Notes under the pieces: generated by a model
Told to the model about the DNA's origin: nothing
Databases searched by the model: none
The model's input: only the letters and a program-made list of their open reading frames with translations
NCBI GenBank assembly: GCA_029560465.1
Contig: JAKQKX010000023.1
Span: 7,965-71,964, forward strand
Length of the DNA stretch: 64,000 nt
Source: Candidatus Omnitrophota bacterium
GTDB lineage: Bacteria; Omnitrophota; Gorgyraeia; Zapsychrales; JANLHA01
Direction: 5' to 3'
Made by a program: the position numbers and the translations under genes
Shown here: positions 47,346 through 56,355 of the stretch, piece after piece
Layout: every line of letters starts with the position of its first letter
How positions within the stretch are numbered: the first letter of the stretch is position 1

Positions 47346-48596
47346 TTATTTGGCGCCGCCCAACTGGGCAATATTAAACATAGGAAGGAACATGGCGAGA
47401 ACGATCACTCCGATGACCGTACCCATAAAGACCAGCATAAACGGTTCAATAAGCGTGGCGAAACGTTTCATCGCCGTTTCAACGGTTTCCTGGTAAAAGG
47501 TCGCGACATGACGGAGCATTTTACTGAGTTCTCCTGACTCTTCACCGACCGAGATCATCTGAAGGCACATGACCGGGAAAAACTGGCTCCGTTCCATCGG
47601 CCCGACCAGAAGCTCTCCTTGGCGCACGGCTTCCTTAATATCGTTCACGACGGCGGCACAGGTCAGATTGTCGACCAGGCGTTCGGATATGTCGAGGGCG
47701 TGCAGGATGGGGACCCCGCTTTCAACCAGGATAGCCATTTGTGACGTGAAGCGTTCCACGATGGTGAGTTTGTAAATCGCGCCAAAAGTTGGCAGGGAAT
47801 ACATGAATTGCTCTGTTTTTCTCCGTCCGGGAGTGGTTTTGGTCCATTTTTTAAAAAGAAAGACCGCCACCCAGGCAGCCATGACGATTTTAAAGAAATT
47901 CATTTTAATAAAACGGAACGTGTTTAAAAGGACCTTGGTGATCCCCGGCAGTTCTACGCCCATGCTTTCAAAAACGGTTTCGAAACGGGGCCCGATGAAA
48001 AGGGCAAATATGCTGATCGCCCCGAGGCAAATCATGAAGAGGACCGCCGGGTACAGGATGGCCGACATAATGGTGGAACGGAAACGTTCCGACTGTTCAA
48101 GGTAGAATGCCAGACGGTTTAAAACTGTCGGTAGCGTACCGGAGGCTTCCCCCACTTCTACCAGCGTCACCCAGAACTGGTTAAATACCTTGGGATGCTG
48201 ATTGAGGGCCTGGGATAAGGAACTTCCTTGTTCGACATCACTTTTGACTTTCGTGAGAATTTTATAAAATTTGGCGCTTTCCGTTTGGTCGGTAATAACA
48301 TCAATGCTTCGCAGCAGTGAGACCCCGGCTTCGAGCATCGTGGTTAATTGGCGGGCAAAGGAAAGCAGATCGGTTAATTTGACCTTGGAATAACCGAACT
48401 TGCGGTCCCCAGACTTCTGTTTAAAGGCCCTTTCCTGCCCCCGTTTTTGTTCCGCGCTTAGCCCCTCTTCAATCTTAATGATGAAATACCCCTGCCTTTG
48501 CAGCTTTTGAATCAGGCTGTTTTTATCATAGGCTTCGGTATCAACTTCAAGAGTTTTCCCCTGGGCGTCTTTAACGATATAGTGGAAATTCGGCAC
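47346..48596 (-). CDS. type II secretion / type IV pilus platform protein (GspF/PilC family)
   Basis: 416 aa. Two GspF repeats, each with the 3-TM topology. N-terminal MPNFHYIVKDAQGK typical of PilC/GspF. Confidence 0.88.
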   Translation of the reverse strand: MPNFHYIVKDAQGKTLEVDTEAYDKNSLIQKLQRQGYFIIKIEEGLSAEQKRGQERAFKQKSGDRKFGYSKVKLTDLLSFARQLTTMLEAGVSLLRSIDVITDQTESAKFYKILTKVKSDVEQGSSLSQALNQHPKVFNQFWVTLVEVGEASGTLPTVLNRLAFYLEQSERFRSTIMSAILYPAVLFMICLGAISIFALFIGPRFETVFESMGVELPGITKVLLNTFRFIKMNFFKIVMAAWVAVFLFKKWTKTTPGRRKTEQFMYSLPTFGAIYKLTIVERFTSQMAILVESGVPILHALDISERLVDNLTCAAVVNDIKEAVRQGELLVGPMERSQFFPVMCLQMISVGEESGELSKMLRHVATFYQETVETAMKRFATLIEPFMLVFMGTVIGVIVLAMFLPMFNIAQLGGAK

Positions 48597-48657
48597 ACAA
48601 GACCTTTCGTATATTCATGTTAAAAAATGACCGGGATGCAGGGATCCATAAGGAGTT

Positions 48658-50385
48658 TCAATACACGGTGGTCACGCTGATAACTTCGTCCACACTGGTG
48701 ACCCCCGCCTCTACTTTCTTGATCCCGTCTTCAAACAGTGTGACCATCCCATTCTTCCTGGCCATGTCGTGTATTTCCGTGTAGTTCGCGCGTTTTGCAA
48801 TGAGATCGCGGATATCATCGTCGATCAGCATGGTTTCCGTTAATACAATTCTTCCGCGATAACCTGTTTGATTGCATTCGTTGCAGCCAACCGCTTTATA
48901 AAGCAGATCGCTCTTAATATTGAGGTCGGTAAATTGTCCGGGAAGGGGTTCAAACGCTTCTTTGCACTTCACACAAAGACGACGCGCCAGGCGTTGGGCA
49001 ACGACCATGACGAGAGAGGGTGTTAATAAATAGGGCTCAATGCCGATATCAACAAGACGCGTGATAGCCGAAGCCGCATCGTTGGTGTGGATGGTGCTTA
49101 AAACAAAATGCCCGGTTAGCGCTGCGCGGACGCAAATTTGCGCGGTTTCCAGGTCCCGGACTTCCCCCACCATAATGACGTCCGGGTCTTGACGGAGGAA
49201 AGAGCGCAGAGCCGCCGCAAACGTCAGCCCGATCTCGGCTCGAACACCCACCTGATTAATGCCTTCTATCTTGAATTCGACGGGATCCTCCGCCGTGAGA
49301 ATGTTTTTGTGAGGGTCGATGGTTTCATTTAAGATGGCGTAAAGGGTTGTGGATTTCCCGCTTCCGGTGGGCCCTGTGACAAAAAAGAGTCCATAAGGCG
49401 ATTTCAAAGCCTGCCGGACTTTTTCATACTGGGCCTTCTCAAATCCGAGGTTTTCCAGCTGCAGGGGCACCGTGGATTTGTCAAGGATACGCAAAACCAC
49501 TTTTTCCCCCCAGATTGTGGGAACCGTAGAAACACGAAGGTCGACATAACGGTCGTTGTATTTAAAACTGATCGCCCCATCCTGGGGTAGGCGCTTTTCC
49601 GCGATGTCCAGTTTCGCAAGGATTTTAAGCCTGGAAACAATAGGAAGCATGAGGTGACGATTCGGGGGGGGGATCTGATACAGGAGCCCGTCGATGCGGT
49701 ACCGCAAGCTGATATTGTCTTTAAACGGTTCGATATGGATATCACTGGCCCGCTGTTCAATGGCCTGCTGGATCATCAGATCGACAAGCTTAATAACGGG
49801 GGCCTCTTCCGCCTTTTCAATCAGCTCATCGACGTTCGTGTCGGATGATGGAGGAGAGAATTCTTCATTTTCAATTTCGATGCCCGGGCCTTCCCCGGAC
49901 TCAAGCAGCACGTTATCCCCGGCTTCGGCATGGGCCGTGCGGCACAAGGAGTAAAATTCCTGTATGGCCGGGAGTAAACTTTTCCGGGTCGCGAGCAGGA
50001 GGCGGATTTCACAGTCCTTGGCGAGCATTTTTAAATTATCAAGGATAACCAAGTCCAGAGGGTCTTCCAGGGCGACTGTTATGACATTGCCTTGTCTGGA
50101 GACCGGTAACACGATATTCCTTTTGGCGAAATCATAAGGAATCACTTTATCCAAATCTTGGGATATATCGGGATTTAACAATTCGTTCTCGGGGGTCGCA
50201 TACGGAAGGTCCAGTTGGGCGGCCAGGGCGGACACGATGTCTTCTTCGGTGAGGTACCCGAGTTTGATTAAATTCTCTCCTACCCGCCCCCCGTCTCTTT
50301 TTTGCATGGCGATGGCGTCCTGCAACTGATCCTCTGTGATCAATTTCTGTTGTAACAATATTTCGCCAATTTTATAGTGCATCAT
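48658..50385 (-). CDS. type II secretion / type IV pilus assembly ATPase (GspE/PilB family) with N-terminal T2SSE_N domain
   Basis: N-terminal GSPII_E_N-like domain (LITEDQLQDAIAMQKRDGGRVGENLIKLGYLTEEDI). Walker A VTGPTGSGKSTTLYA. Tetracysteine motif CVKC...CNEC. Confidence 0.92.
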   Translation of the reverse strand: MMHYKIGEILLQQKLITEDQLQDAIAMQKRDGGRVGENLIKLGYLTEEDIVSALAAQLDLPYATPENELLNPDISQDLDKVIPYDFAKRNIVLPVSRQGNVITVALEDPLDLVILDNLKMLAKDCEIRLLLATRKSLLPAIQEFYSLCRTAHAEAGDNVLLESGEGPGIEIENEEFSPPSSDTNVDELIEKAEEAPVIKLVDLMIQQAIEQRASDIHIEPFKDNISLRYRIDGLLYQIPPPNRHLMLPIVSRLKILAKLDIAEKRLPQDGAISFKYNDRYVDLRVSTVPTIWGEKVVLRILDKSTVPLQLENLGFEKAQYEKVRQALKSPYGLFFVTGPTGSGKSTTLYAILNETIDPHKNILTAEDPVEFKIEGINQVGVRAEIGLTFAAALRSFLRQDPDVIMVGEVRDLETAQICVRAALTGHFVLSTIHTNDAASAITRLVDIGIEPYLLTPSLVMVVAQRLARRLCVKCKEAFEPLPGQFTDLNIKSDLLYKAVGCNECNQTGYRGRIVLTETMLIDDDIRDLIAKRANYTEIHDMARKNGMVTLFEDGIKKVEAGVTSVDEVISVTTVY

Positions 50386-50417
50386 AGGCTTAGTCCTAAA
50401 ACGACGCTATATCCCGG

Positions 50418-51938
50418 TTATTTGCTTTCGTGTTCTCGGAGTTCTTTTTCGATCTGCTCGAATCGGCTTGAAGGAAAATCTTGTTCACGGATAATCGAAC
50501 GGGTCATAATTTCTTTCGATTCGAGAATTTCTGCGTCTTTGATGATACGCGGGGTGATAAAAATAATCAGTTCCCGCTCCTGACCGGATTGGTCTTTGTG
50601 CCGAAACGCCTGCCCGAGGACCGGGATGTCACCCAGAATCGGCACTTTCGTTATCGTTTCTGATTTCTCTTCCCGCATCAATCCGCCGATAATGATTGTC
50701 TCTCCGCTCAGGACCCGTAGAATGGACTGGGTGCCCCGCTCTTCCGGGTCCCGGAACGTCTGGCCGCTGAACGTCTGTCCATCACGCGCCAGGATAACTT
50801 TAGGAACCAAGGCCATGGTAATTTCTCCGGTTGCCATGTTGGCCTGGGGCGTCACAGTCAGGAAAACGCCCGTTTCTGCCCGCTCCGCCTCCAGGGACTG
50901 GGTGGCGATGCTTTGCGATGATTCAGTCTGGGTGGACACGCCGATGGTTTCATTCGCCGCAATTTTGATCTGGGCTGTTTCATTGTTCAACGTCATGATA
51001 GAAGGCCGCGCCAGAGTTTTGGTCCCGCTCTGTGTTTTCAGGAATTGCAGGGTCGCGGTGAGTCCGCTGGCGTCAATAATCCCGGTATAATACTGGGCCC
51101 CCTTGTCATCAAACTCGTTACTCTGAAACGCCTGCCCTTTTTTTAAAAGGCTGTTTTGATCCCAAGGGTAAACATGCGCCCGTTTGCCGCCGGTAAAACT
51201 CAAGGGCGTCTCTCCGATTTTAACGCCGATTTTCTCGTATGTGCCTTGGGACACTTCCAGCATTTCTACTTCAATCATAATTTGGGGGACCGACACGTCC
51301 AAGCGGGCGAGCGTGCTTTCAATCAAAGGGAAATTGGTCGCGATGTCCGTGATGATAAAACTGTTGGTGCGGGGATCCTCGGTGATTTTCCCCTTTGAGG
51401 AGAGGATCGCCATGAGGGAGCCCTTGATCCCGGTTTCGTCGCTGTTGTCCGTTGAGTTGATCGAGAGTCCATCCACCAGGCTGATGTTTAAAGTTTTTTT
51501 AAGTTTGGATTGGCTCACCGTGGCGTGTTTAAGAGGGTAAACGCGGGTGATGAGTTCCGTGTCAGGCTGTGACAGCGGTTTGACGATATAAATATTGCTG
51601 TTGGGCTGTATCTCATAGGTCAGGTTATTCGCTTTTAGCAACTGTTCCAGCGCCTGCTCAACGGGGACATTATCCAGAAAAATGGTTATCCGTTTAGAGG
51701 CGATGTTTTCCGCCGTAATCAGGTTCAGGTTTGTCTGCTTTGAGAAAATTTTCAGGACATCCACCAGAGCCGCGCTTTGGAAGTCCATGGATATTCTCTT
51801 GGAGTATTCAGGATAGACAAAAGGACTGCCCGCGCCTGCCGTCACCGGCTCGCTTTTCACCTCGGCCCAACCACTGAAAAGGAGCAAGACGGTGATGAAA
51901 AAAAGTCTGCCCTTCCTATCCATATTGTTCTCCTTCAA
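50418..51938 (-). CDS. secretin (GspD/PilQ family)
   Basis: Signal peptide, Secretin_N-like domain (QTNLNLITAENIASKRITIFLDNVPVEQALEQLL). C-terminal secretin domain (IIIGGLMREEKSETITKVPILGDIPVLGQAFRHK). At 506 aa it is short for a secretin. Confidence 0.85.
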   Translation of the reverse strand: MKENNMDRKGRLFFITVLLLFSGWAEVKSEPVTAGAGSPFVYPEYSKRISMDFQSAALVDVLKIFSKQTNLNLITAENIASKRITIFLDNVPVEQALEQLLKANNLTYEIQPNSNIYIVKPLSQPDTELITRVYPLKHATVSQSKLKKTLNISLVDGLSINSTDNSDETGIKGSLMAILSSKGKITEDPRTNSFIITDIATNFPLIESTLARLDVSVPQIMIEVEMLEVSQGTYEKIGVKIGETPLSFTGGKRAHVYPWDQNSLLKKGQAFQSNEFDDKGAQYYTGIIDASGLTATLQFLKTQSGTKTLARPSIMTLNNETAQIKIAANETIGVSTQTESSQSIATQSLEAERAETGVFLTVTPQANMATGEITMALVPKVILARDGQTFSGQTFRDPEERGTQSILRVLSGETIIIGGLMREEKSETITKVPILGDIPVLGQAFRHKDQSGQERELIIFITPRIIKDAEILESKEIMTRSIIREQDFPSSRFEQIEKELREHESK

Positions 51939-52511
51939 TTAAGGTTCGATAAGAAATCTTTGATTTTTAAACGAAATCTCCACCCCGCCGCGGGAGATCC
52001 CTGTGATCCGCCATTGCTCGATGGAATCGCCGATAGAGATAATCCTTCCTTCCATGATAGCTTGTGGCCGGTCCGTGTTCCAGACAATTCCGGAAATTTT
52101 ATAATCCGGTTTCGGAAGCACAACTTCTTCCACCACCGGGGTTTGCTGAGAAGCTTCCGGGGGTGTTCCTGTGGCGCCCGTTGGAATATCCTGTCGAGTG
52201 TTTTGCTCCGATACTTTCTCCTCGGCCGGGAGGGGCGCTTGCGGGATTTCATCCGGGAGCCGTGGGGTGAATGGGTTCCGCAGCGAGCGCAACATTTTCG
52301 CTGTCTCTTCATCGATCTGCAACTGGTCCAAGTGAAACTGTTTTTCGAGCTGGCCCGCCTGTTCGGTGATGTTGTCTTTGGTGAGCCGGTTCGCGTAGAA
52401 TTCGGTGAATTCCTTGGCTTTATCGACTAAAGCTTCTTCAGTGAAACCCGTTGTTACGCGGATTCCCGCGATCAAAGCTGCGCTTATTATGAAAAATTTA
52501 TTTGTTTTCAT
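51939..52511 (-). CDS. PilP/GspC-like inner-membrane assembly protein
   Basis: Signal/TM start MKTNKFFIISAALIAG, Pro/Gln-rich linker, C-terminal beta domain (ISGIVWNTDRPQAIMEGRIISIGDSIEQWRITGISRGGVEI) like the PilP/GspC HR domain. Start set to the internal ATG 52511. Confidence 0.45.
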   Translation of the reverse strand: MKTNKFFIISAALIAGIRVTTGFTEEALVDKAKEFTEFYANRLTKDNITEQAGQLEKQFHLDQLQIDEETAKMLRSLRNPFTPRLPDEIPQAPLPAEEKVSEQNTRQDIPTGATGTPPEASQQTPVVEEVVLPKPDYKISGIVWNTDRPQAIMEGRIISIGDSIEQWRITGISRGGVEISFKNQRFLIEP

Positions 52512-53133
52512 TTTTGAAAATGATGGAAGCGATCTCCATCTGTATCCTGATTTCCGGGCGCTCTTCTTTTTTGTCACGTCCGGCCTGCTGTGGCTGCTGA
52601 CGCCGTTGGCTGACCATGGTGTCAAAAATTGTGCTTTGAAAGTCTTCAATCCTTATATTGTACTGAGAGCTTTCAATGTCATGGATAAACAGGAAAATAT
52701 TGTCGTATTCTTTTGAAGAAATTTCCAGGTTGATGCTTGTAAGTTCATAGAGTGGCTCGTCTATCTTTTTGGCCGGAGAAAAGGATTCCAACCGGACCCC
52801 GCGATGGATCGCCATCGTCGTGAGGACATTGGCCAACGTATCTGCGGATAACCCTTGGGGCAGGTTATTCAGCAAATCATCCCGGCTTTTTTTTGCGTTG
52901 TTATATTCTGTCATGGCAACTTTCTTCTTGAGCAAGTCATTAATTTGGATCGTAATCCGGCGCGACTCCATTTTTTTGTTAATATAAAAATGGGCGCTGA
53001 ACACAATGGCGCCGATAACGATAAGGGTTGTGACCAGCTCTTGGGGGTTCTTCTTGAGGTGTTCCCCGAATTTTGAATAATTAATCTTATTCAGATCTTT
53101 GACATCAAGTTTGCTCAGTTCTGAGAGGTTCAT
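52498..53133 (-). CDS. PilO/GspM-like bitopic assembly protein
   Basis: Short cytoplasmic N-terminus, one TM (LVTTLIVIGAIVFSAHFYI), coiled coil, then a periplasmic domain. Sits between the PilM/N fusion and the PilP-like gene. Confidence 0.5.
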   Translation of the reverse strand: MNLSELSKLDVKDLNKINYSKFGEHLKKNPQELVTTLIVIGAIVFSAHFYINKKMESRRITIQINDLLKKKVAMTEYNNAKKSRDDLLNNLPQGLSADTLANVLTTMAIHRGVRLESFSPAKKIDEPLYELTSINLEISSKEYDNIFLFIHDIESSQYNIRIEDFQSTIFDTMVSQRRQQPQQAGRDKKEERPEIRIQMEIASIIFKNENK

Positions 53134-53151
53134 AATATGCGTATGTCTGTT

Positions 53152-54687
53152 TTAGCTGCAGGTGATTACAAAGAAAGATACTTGGAACTTCTGGAATTCT
53201 TCCTGCCGTGTTTTGAGTTCAATATTTTTGAATGTATCCTTGAAGCCATCCTGTTCTTTGATGGCGGAATAGAATTGATTGATGAGCTTAAACTGATCAT
53301 TGATGTTGTCTTGGTACACATATCCTTGGAGTTCGATATATTTTCGTGTTTCGGGCCGGGCAGAGTCCGGAGACGCCGGGGCCGTATTTTTGTTGGTATC
53401 ATAGCGGATTTTCATGGATTTTAGCCACATGCCATAGGGCATGAGCGATGGGATTTTATACAGATAATATTTTAAATTACTCGTGATCCGGACGTTTTTG
53501 TAGTTATTTAATTTCTGCGATATGTCCTGGGACATTTTCTCAATATCCGTTTTCTCTAAACTTTTATAAGGCCCCAGTTCCGTTTTCAGGCTTTCCAAGC
53601 GGCGATACTGTTTTTGGGTCACCGCGCTAGAGGATTGGATCACGGCGAAGATGACCAGCGCCGAAAGGGCCGAGCTGACTAACAAGGATTTGTATTTTTC
53701 AATGTTAATGTGCAGGGACGTTTCCGCCGCGATGATGTTCGTGGGATCCTGTCCCAAGTTGAAATCCTTGGCGAGCAACTTTGGGGGCTTGATCGCCGCC
53801 CCCATGGCCCCCAAAAGTCCTAGCGACGGGATATCCTCGGTGCTTTTGATCAGATCGGAAGCCCGGATTTCAATGACAGGAATTTTAAAATCTTCGGCAA
53901 TGGCTTTGCCGGCATCCGGGAACAGATCTTTTGAAATCAGAATGATCCTTTTGACTTTAGCCGCAGTGTTTTGCCGTGTGAAAAAATTGATCGAAACCCT
54001 CAAGTCGGTAAAAAGCCTGGACATGAATTGGTCCTGTTGTTTGACATCAAATGTGAACGGTGATTCCCTGACAAACTGGACGACGTCGTTGTCGATCATG
54101 ATGATATGGATCGAATTGCTTTCAATCAGGACGACAGCTGAGGCGTGATCATGCGGGATGACCTTTTGTTTTTTTAGGAGCCGGAAGAGCGAAACTGCCC
54201 CGGGTTCAATGTTGGTGATCTTGATGTCGGTATGCTGCAGAATTTCCGTGTATTTTTCAAGGGTTTTTTTCCTGATCGCGACAAAAATAACCCGGAGGCT
54301 CTTGAGCTTGTCTTTTTCGAACGGGATGCTGTGAAACGTATAAACGAGTTCTTCGACTTTAAGGGGAATATATTTTGTGACCTCGAACTCCACGACTCCT
54401 TTCATTTCATTCGGGGCCATCCAGGGGATCACAAAGGACCTGAAGATCAGGTCCTGGGTTGGAATGCTAAGGACAATTTGCCGTTGAGAGAACCCAGACT
54501 TTGAAAACGTTTTTTGAAGGAGGTCCGTGAATAAAAGACCTTCCGGGATATCGGCGGGTTGCTGGCTCAAGGCTTCGTCAAAAGGGGCGAAGCCCGAACG
54601 GATCATTGCGCCTCCCCGCCCGGCTTCTGCTAGACAAAAGGCGGTTTTGCCCCAATAAAGGCCGATATGTGTTTGGGAGTCTGACAT
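53152..54687 (-). CDS. PilM-PilN fusion (GspL-like): cytoplasmic actin-like domain, TM helix, periplasmic PilN-like domain
   Basis: About 340 aa with an ATPase-like actin fold, then TM LLVSSALSALVIFAVIQ, then ~150 aa periplasmic. The architecture equals GspL of type II secretion systems. Confidence 0.6.
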   Translation of the reverse strand: MSDSQTHIGLYWGKTAFCLAEAGRGGAMIRSGFAPFDEALSQQPADIPEGLLFTDLLQKTFSKSGFSQRQIVLSIPTQDLIFRSFVIPWMAPNEMKGVVEFEVTKYIPLKVEELVYTFHSIPFEKDKLKSLRVIFVAIRKKTLEKYTEILQHTDIKITNIEPGAVSLFRLLKKQKVIPHDHASAVVLIESNSIHIIMIDNDVVQFVRESPFTFDVKQQDQFMSRLFTDLRVSINFFTRQNTAAKVKRIILISKDLFPDAGKAIAEDFKIPVIEIRASDLIKSTEDIPSLGLLGAMGAAIKPPKLLAKDFNLGQDPTNIIAAETSLHINIEKYKSLLVSSALSALVIFAVIQSSSAVTQKQYRRLESLKTELGPYKSLEKTDIEKMSQDISQKLNNYKNVRITSNLKYYLYKIPSLMPYGMWLKSMKIRYDTNKNTAPASPDSARPETRKYIELQGYVYQDNINDQFKLINQFYSAIKEQDGFKDTFKNIELKTRQEEFQKFQVSFFVITCS

Positions 54688-54821
54688 AATATAATAATTC
54701 TATAAATATTATAATTTATTATTCTCATTAAACACTAATGGGAATCCTTTGTCAATCAGCTTCCCAAAAAAATAAAACTATTTTTAACGGGGCGTGAATG
54801 CTCAGGGGCTCTGAAGGCCGG

Positions 54822-55196
54822 TTAATAATTAATTTGAACCTGAATACGGTTGACTAGAACAGGGGTAAATCCGGTGGGGGCGATGTTGAGATTCCCTTGG
54901 TCCTGAATGGTATAGCTGTAATTCTTACCGGTCATCATTTCCGAGTTGGCGAGAGGAATTGTCGTCCTTTCCATCTGCGCCTGGTGATAACGGTAGAACA
55001 TCCCTGTGGCGAACTGCTCTGACTTGATTTGATCAACAACATCCTGCCCGGATTTCTGGTGAGAAACCAGAAGGCTCATGACGCTTACGACCACAATGGA
55101 AAGAATGATGCTGAGGATAAGGACAGTTAGGAAAATGACGCCGTGGTTTCCGGTTAAACAGCAGGCACACCCAGAACAAGGATTATGTTTCATCAT
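54822..55196 (-). CDS. small bitopic membrane protein with N-terminal Cys cluster (CSGCACC)
   Basis: MMKHNPCSGCACCLTGNHG, then TM VIFLTVLILSIILSIVVVSVMSLLV, then ~90 aa periplasmic. The ORF-track start at 55370 overlaps the Zn-ribbon gene, so the start is set to 55196. Confidence 0.35.
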   Translation of the reverse strand: MMKHNPCSGCACCLTGNHGVIFLTVLILSIILSIVVVSVMSLLVSHQKSGQDVVDQIKSEQFATGMFYRYHQAQMERTTIPLANSEMMTGKNYSYTIQDQGNLNIAPTGFTPVLVNRIQVQINY

Positions 55197-55425
55197 CAAT
55201 CCCCTTTTCAAGAAGGCTGTTGCACCGCGGGCATTTCCAGATGGGACTTGATTTATATTGAACAAAAATATAAAGGCAATAAGGGCACTGATGGACATGC
55301 TCCGCTGACGGTTCGGATTTATCTTCGTTGCTTTTAGTATAAAATAACCATAAGCAATACACAAGGACAACTACGAAAGAAAAAAAGGCAGCTGTGGCAA
55401 GAGTAAATTCGATTGTGATTTGCAT
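55183..55425 (-). CDS. small membrane protein with C-terminal zinc-ribbon (CPYC-x17-CPRC)
   Basis: TM FTLATAAFFSFVVVLVYCLWLFY followed by HQCPYCLYIFVQYKSSPIWKCPRCNSLL. Confidence 0.45.
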   Translation of the reverse strand: MQITIEFTLATAAFFSFVVVLVYCLWLFYTKSNEDKSEPSAEHVHQCPYCLYIFVQYKSSPIWKCPRCNSLLEKGIDDET

Positions 55426-55445
55426 AATAGGTCGAGCCGGTAAAG

Positions 55446-55907
55446 TTAATAACTTAACCGGAGAGGAATCCGTCTGGGGACCCCAGGGTCAATGCCTAAT
55501 TTCAGGAGCTCGTCCCTTTCGATCTGGCCACGGCTTTTTCCCTCAATAAAAGGGTTTTTAAGGTATGTTTTGTCGTCCCCCGGGGTATCGGCCATGAACA
55601 GCGTCTTATCCGTGCGCGTCTTGTGAACCGAATACGCCGATGGCCGGTTTGTCTGGATTTGAACATTGAGGCCGCCGTTCATGTCGGCGCCAGAATCTCC
55701 GGGGCTGTCCTGGTTTTTCAAGTTTTGAATTTCTTCATACCCCAGAATAGGGCCCAAAAAGATGAATGCCGGTTTTGGGGCCCGTGTCAACTGGTTGAAA
55801 AGGAACGAGACGCAGGTAAAGATAAAAACATGGATCAAGATCGAGAACAGGAAAGCTTCCAGGTCACGCTCCTGATGATGAAACTTGTTGAGAGGAACAA
55901 TTTTCAT
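55446..55907 (-). CDS. TonB/TolA-like energy-transducer anchor protein, short and divergent C-terminus
   Basis: The TM helix carries the S-x3-H motif (FSILIHVFIF) that in TonB contacts ExbB. A Gly/Asp-rich linker follows. No clear TonB C-terminal domain. Start uncertain (56000 or 55907). Confidence 0.4.
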   Translation of the reverse strand: MKIVPLNKFHHQERDLEAFLFSILIHVFIFTCVSFLFNQLTRAPKPAFIFLGPILGYEEIQNLKNQDSPGDSGADMNGGLNVQIQTNRPSAYSVHKTRTDKTLFMADTPGDDKTYLKNPFIEGKSRGQIERDELLKLGIDPGVPRRIPLRLSY

Positions 55908-55932
55908 AGACACGATCAATAATTTTGGATTT

Positions 55933-56343
55933 CTAGCGGTCTTGTGTCGTTGCGATGTTAATACGTTCGATCCCGTATTTGCGACAGATGTCCCAGACAT
56001 CCACCATCCGGCCTAAAGAGGCCCTGCGGTCTGCTTTAATCAACACGGGGATATCTCGGCCCCGAAGGTCCTGGAGCCGTTGGTTCAATTCTTCGAGGGT
56101 CAATACAGCATCGTTGTGATAGATGACATTTTCGCTGCTGATAATAATAATAAAATTATCCTCGGTGATCGAGTCGCTGGTCACCGCTTTGGGCAGTTTG
56201 ACGTTGATCCCCGATTGCGACGTGAAGGATGACGAGAGCAGGAAGAAAATGAGCAGAAGGAAAATAACATCAATCATCGGCGCGAGATTAATCTGCTCCA
56301 CTCCCTGCTCTAATTTAACATGGCGTTTGAATTTCATGTTCAC
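55933..56343 (-). CDS. biopolymer transport protein ExbD/TolR
   Basis: MNMKFKRH...INLAPMIDVIFLLLIFFL canonical ExbD/TolR N-terminus, 136 aa. Confidence 0.85.
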   Translation of the reverse strand: MNMKFKRHVKLEQGVEQINLAPMIDVIFLLLIFFLLSSSFTSQSGINVKLPKAVTSDSITEDNFIIIISSENVIYHNDAVLTLEELNQRLQDLRGRDIPVLIKADRRASLGRMVDVWDICRKYGIERINIATTQDR

Positions 56344-56355
56344 CTCGTGACGGCG

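Noticed and set aside
50418-51938. Possibility that the 506-aa secretin is a truncated pseudogene
   Set aside because: Signal peptide, N-domain and complete C-terminal secretin domain are all present in one intact frame. It is just a short secretin, probably with fewer N domains.
55197-55370. Long N-terminal extension of ORF 54822..55370 (MSLCIAYGYF...)
   Set aside because: It overlaps in another frame the zinc-ribbon gene 55183..55425, whose CPYC...CPRC motif is a stronger signal. Start moved to MMKHNP at 55196. Remains uncertain.
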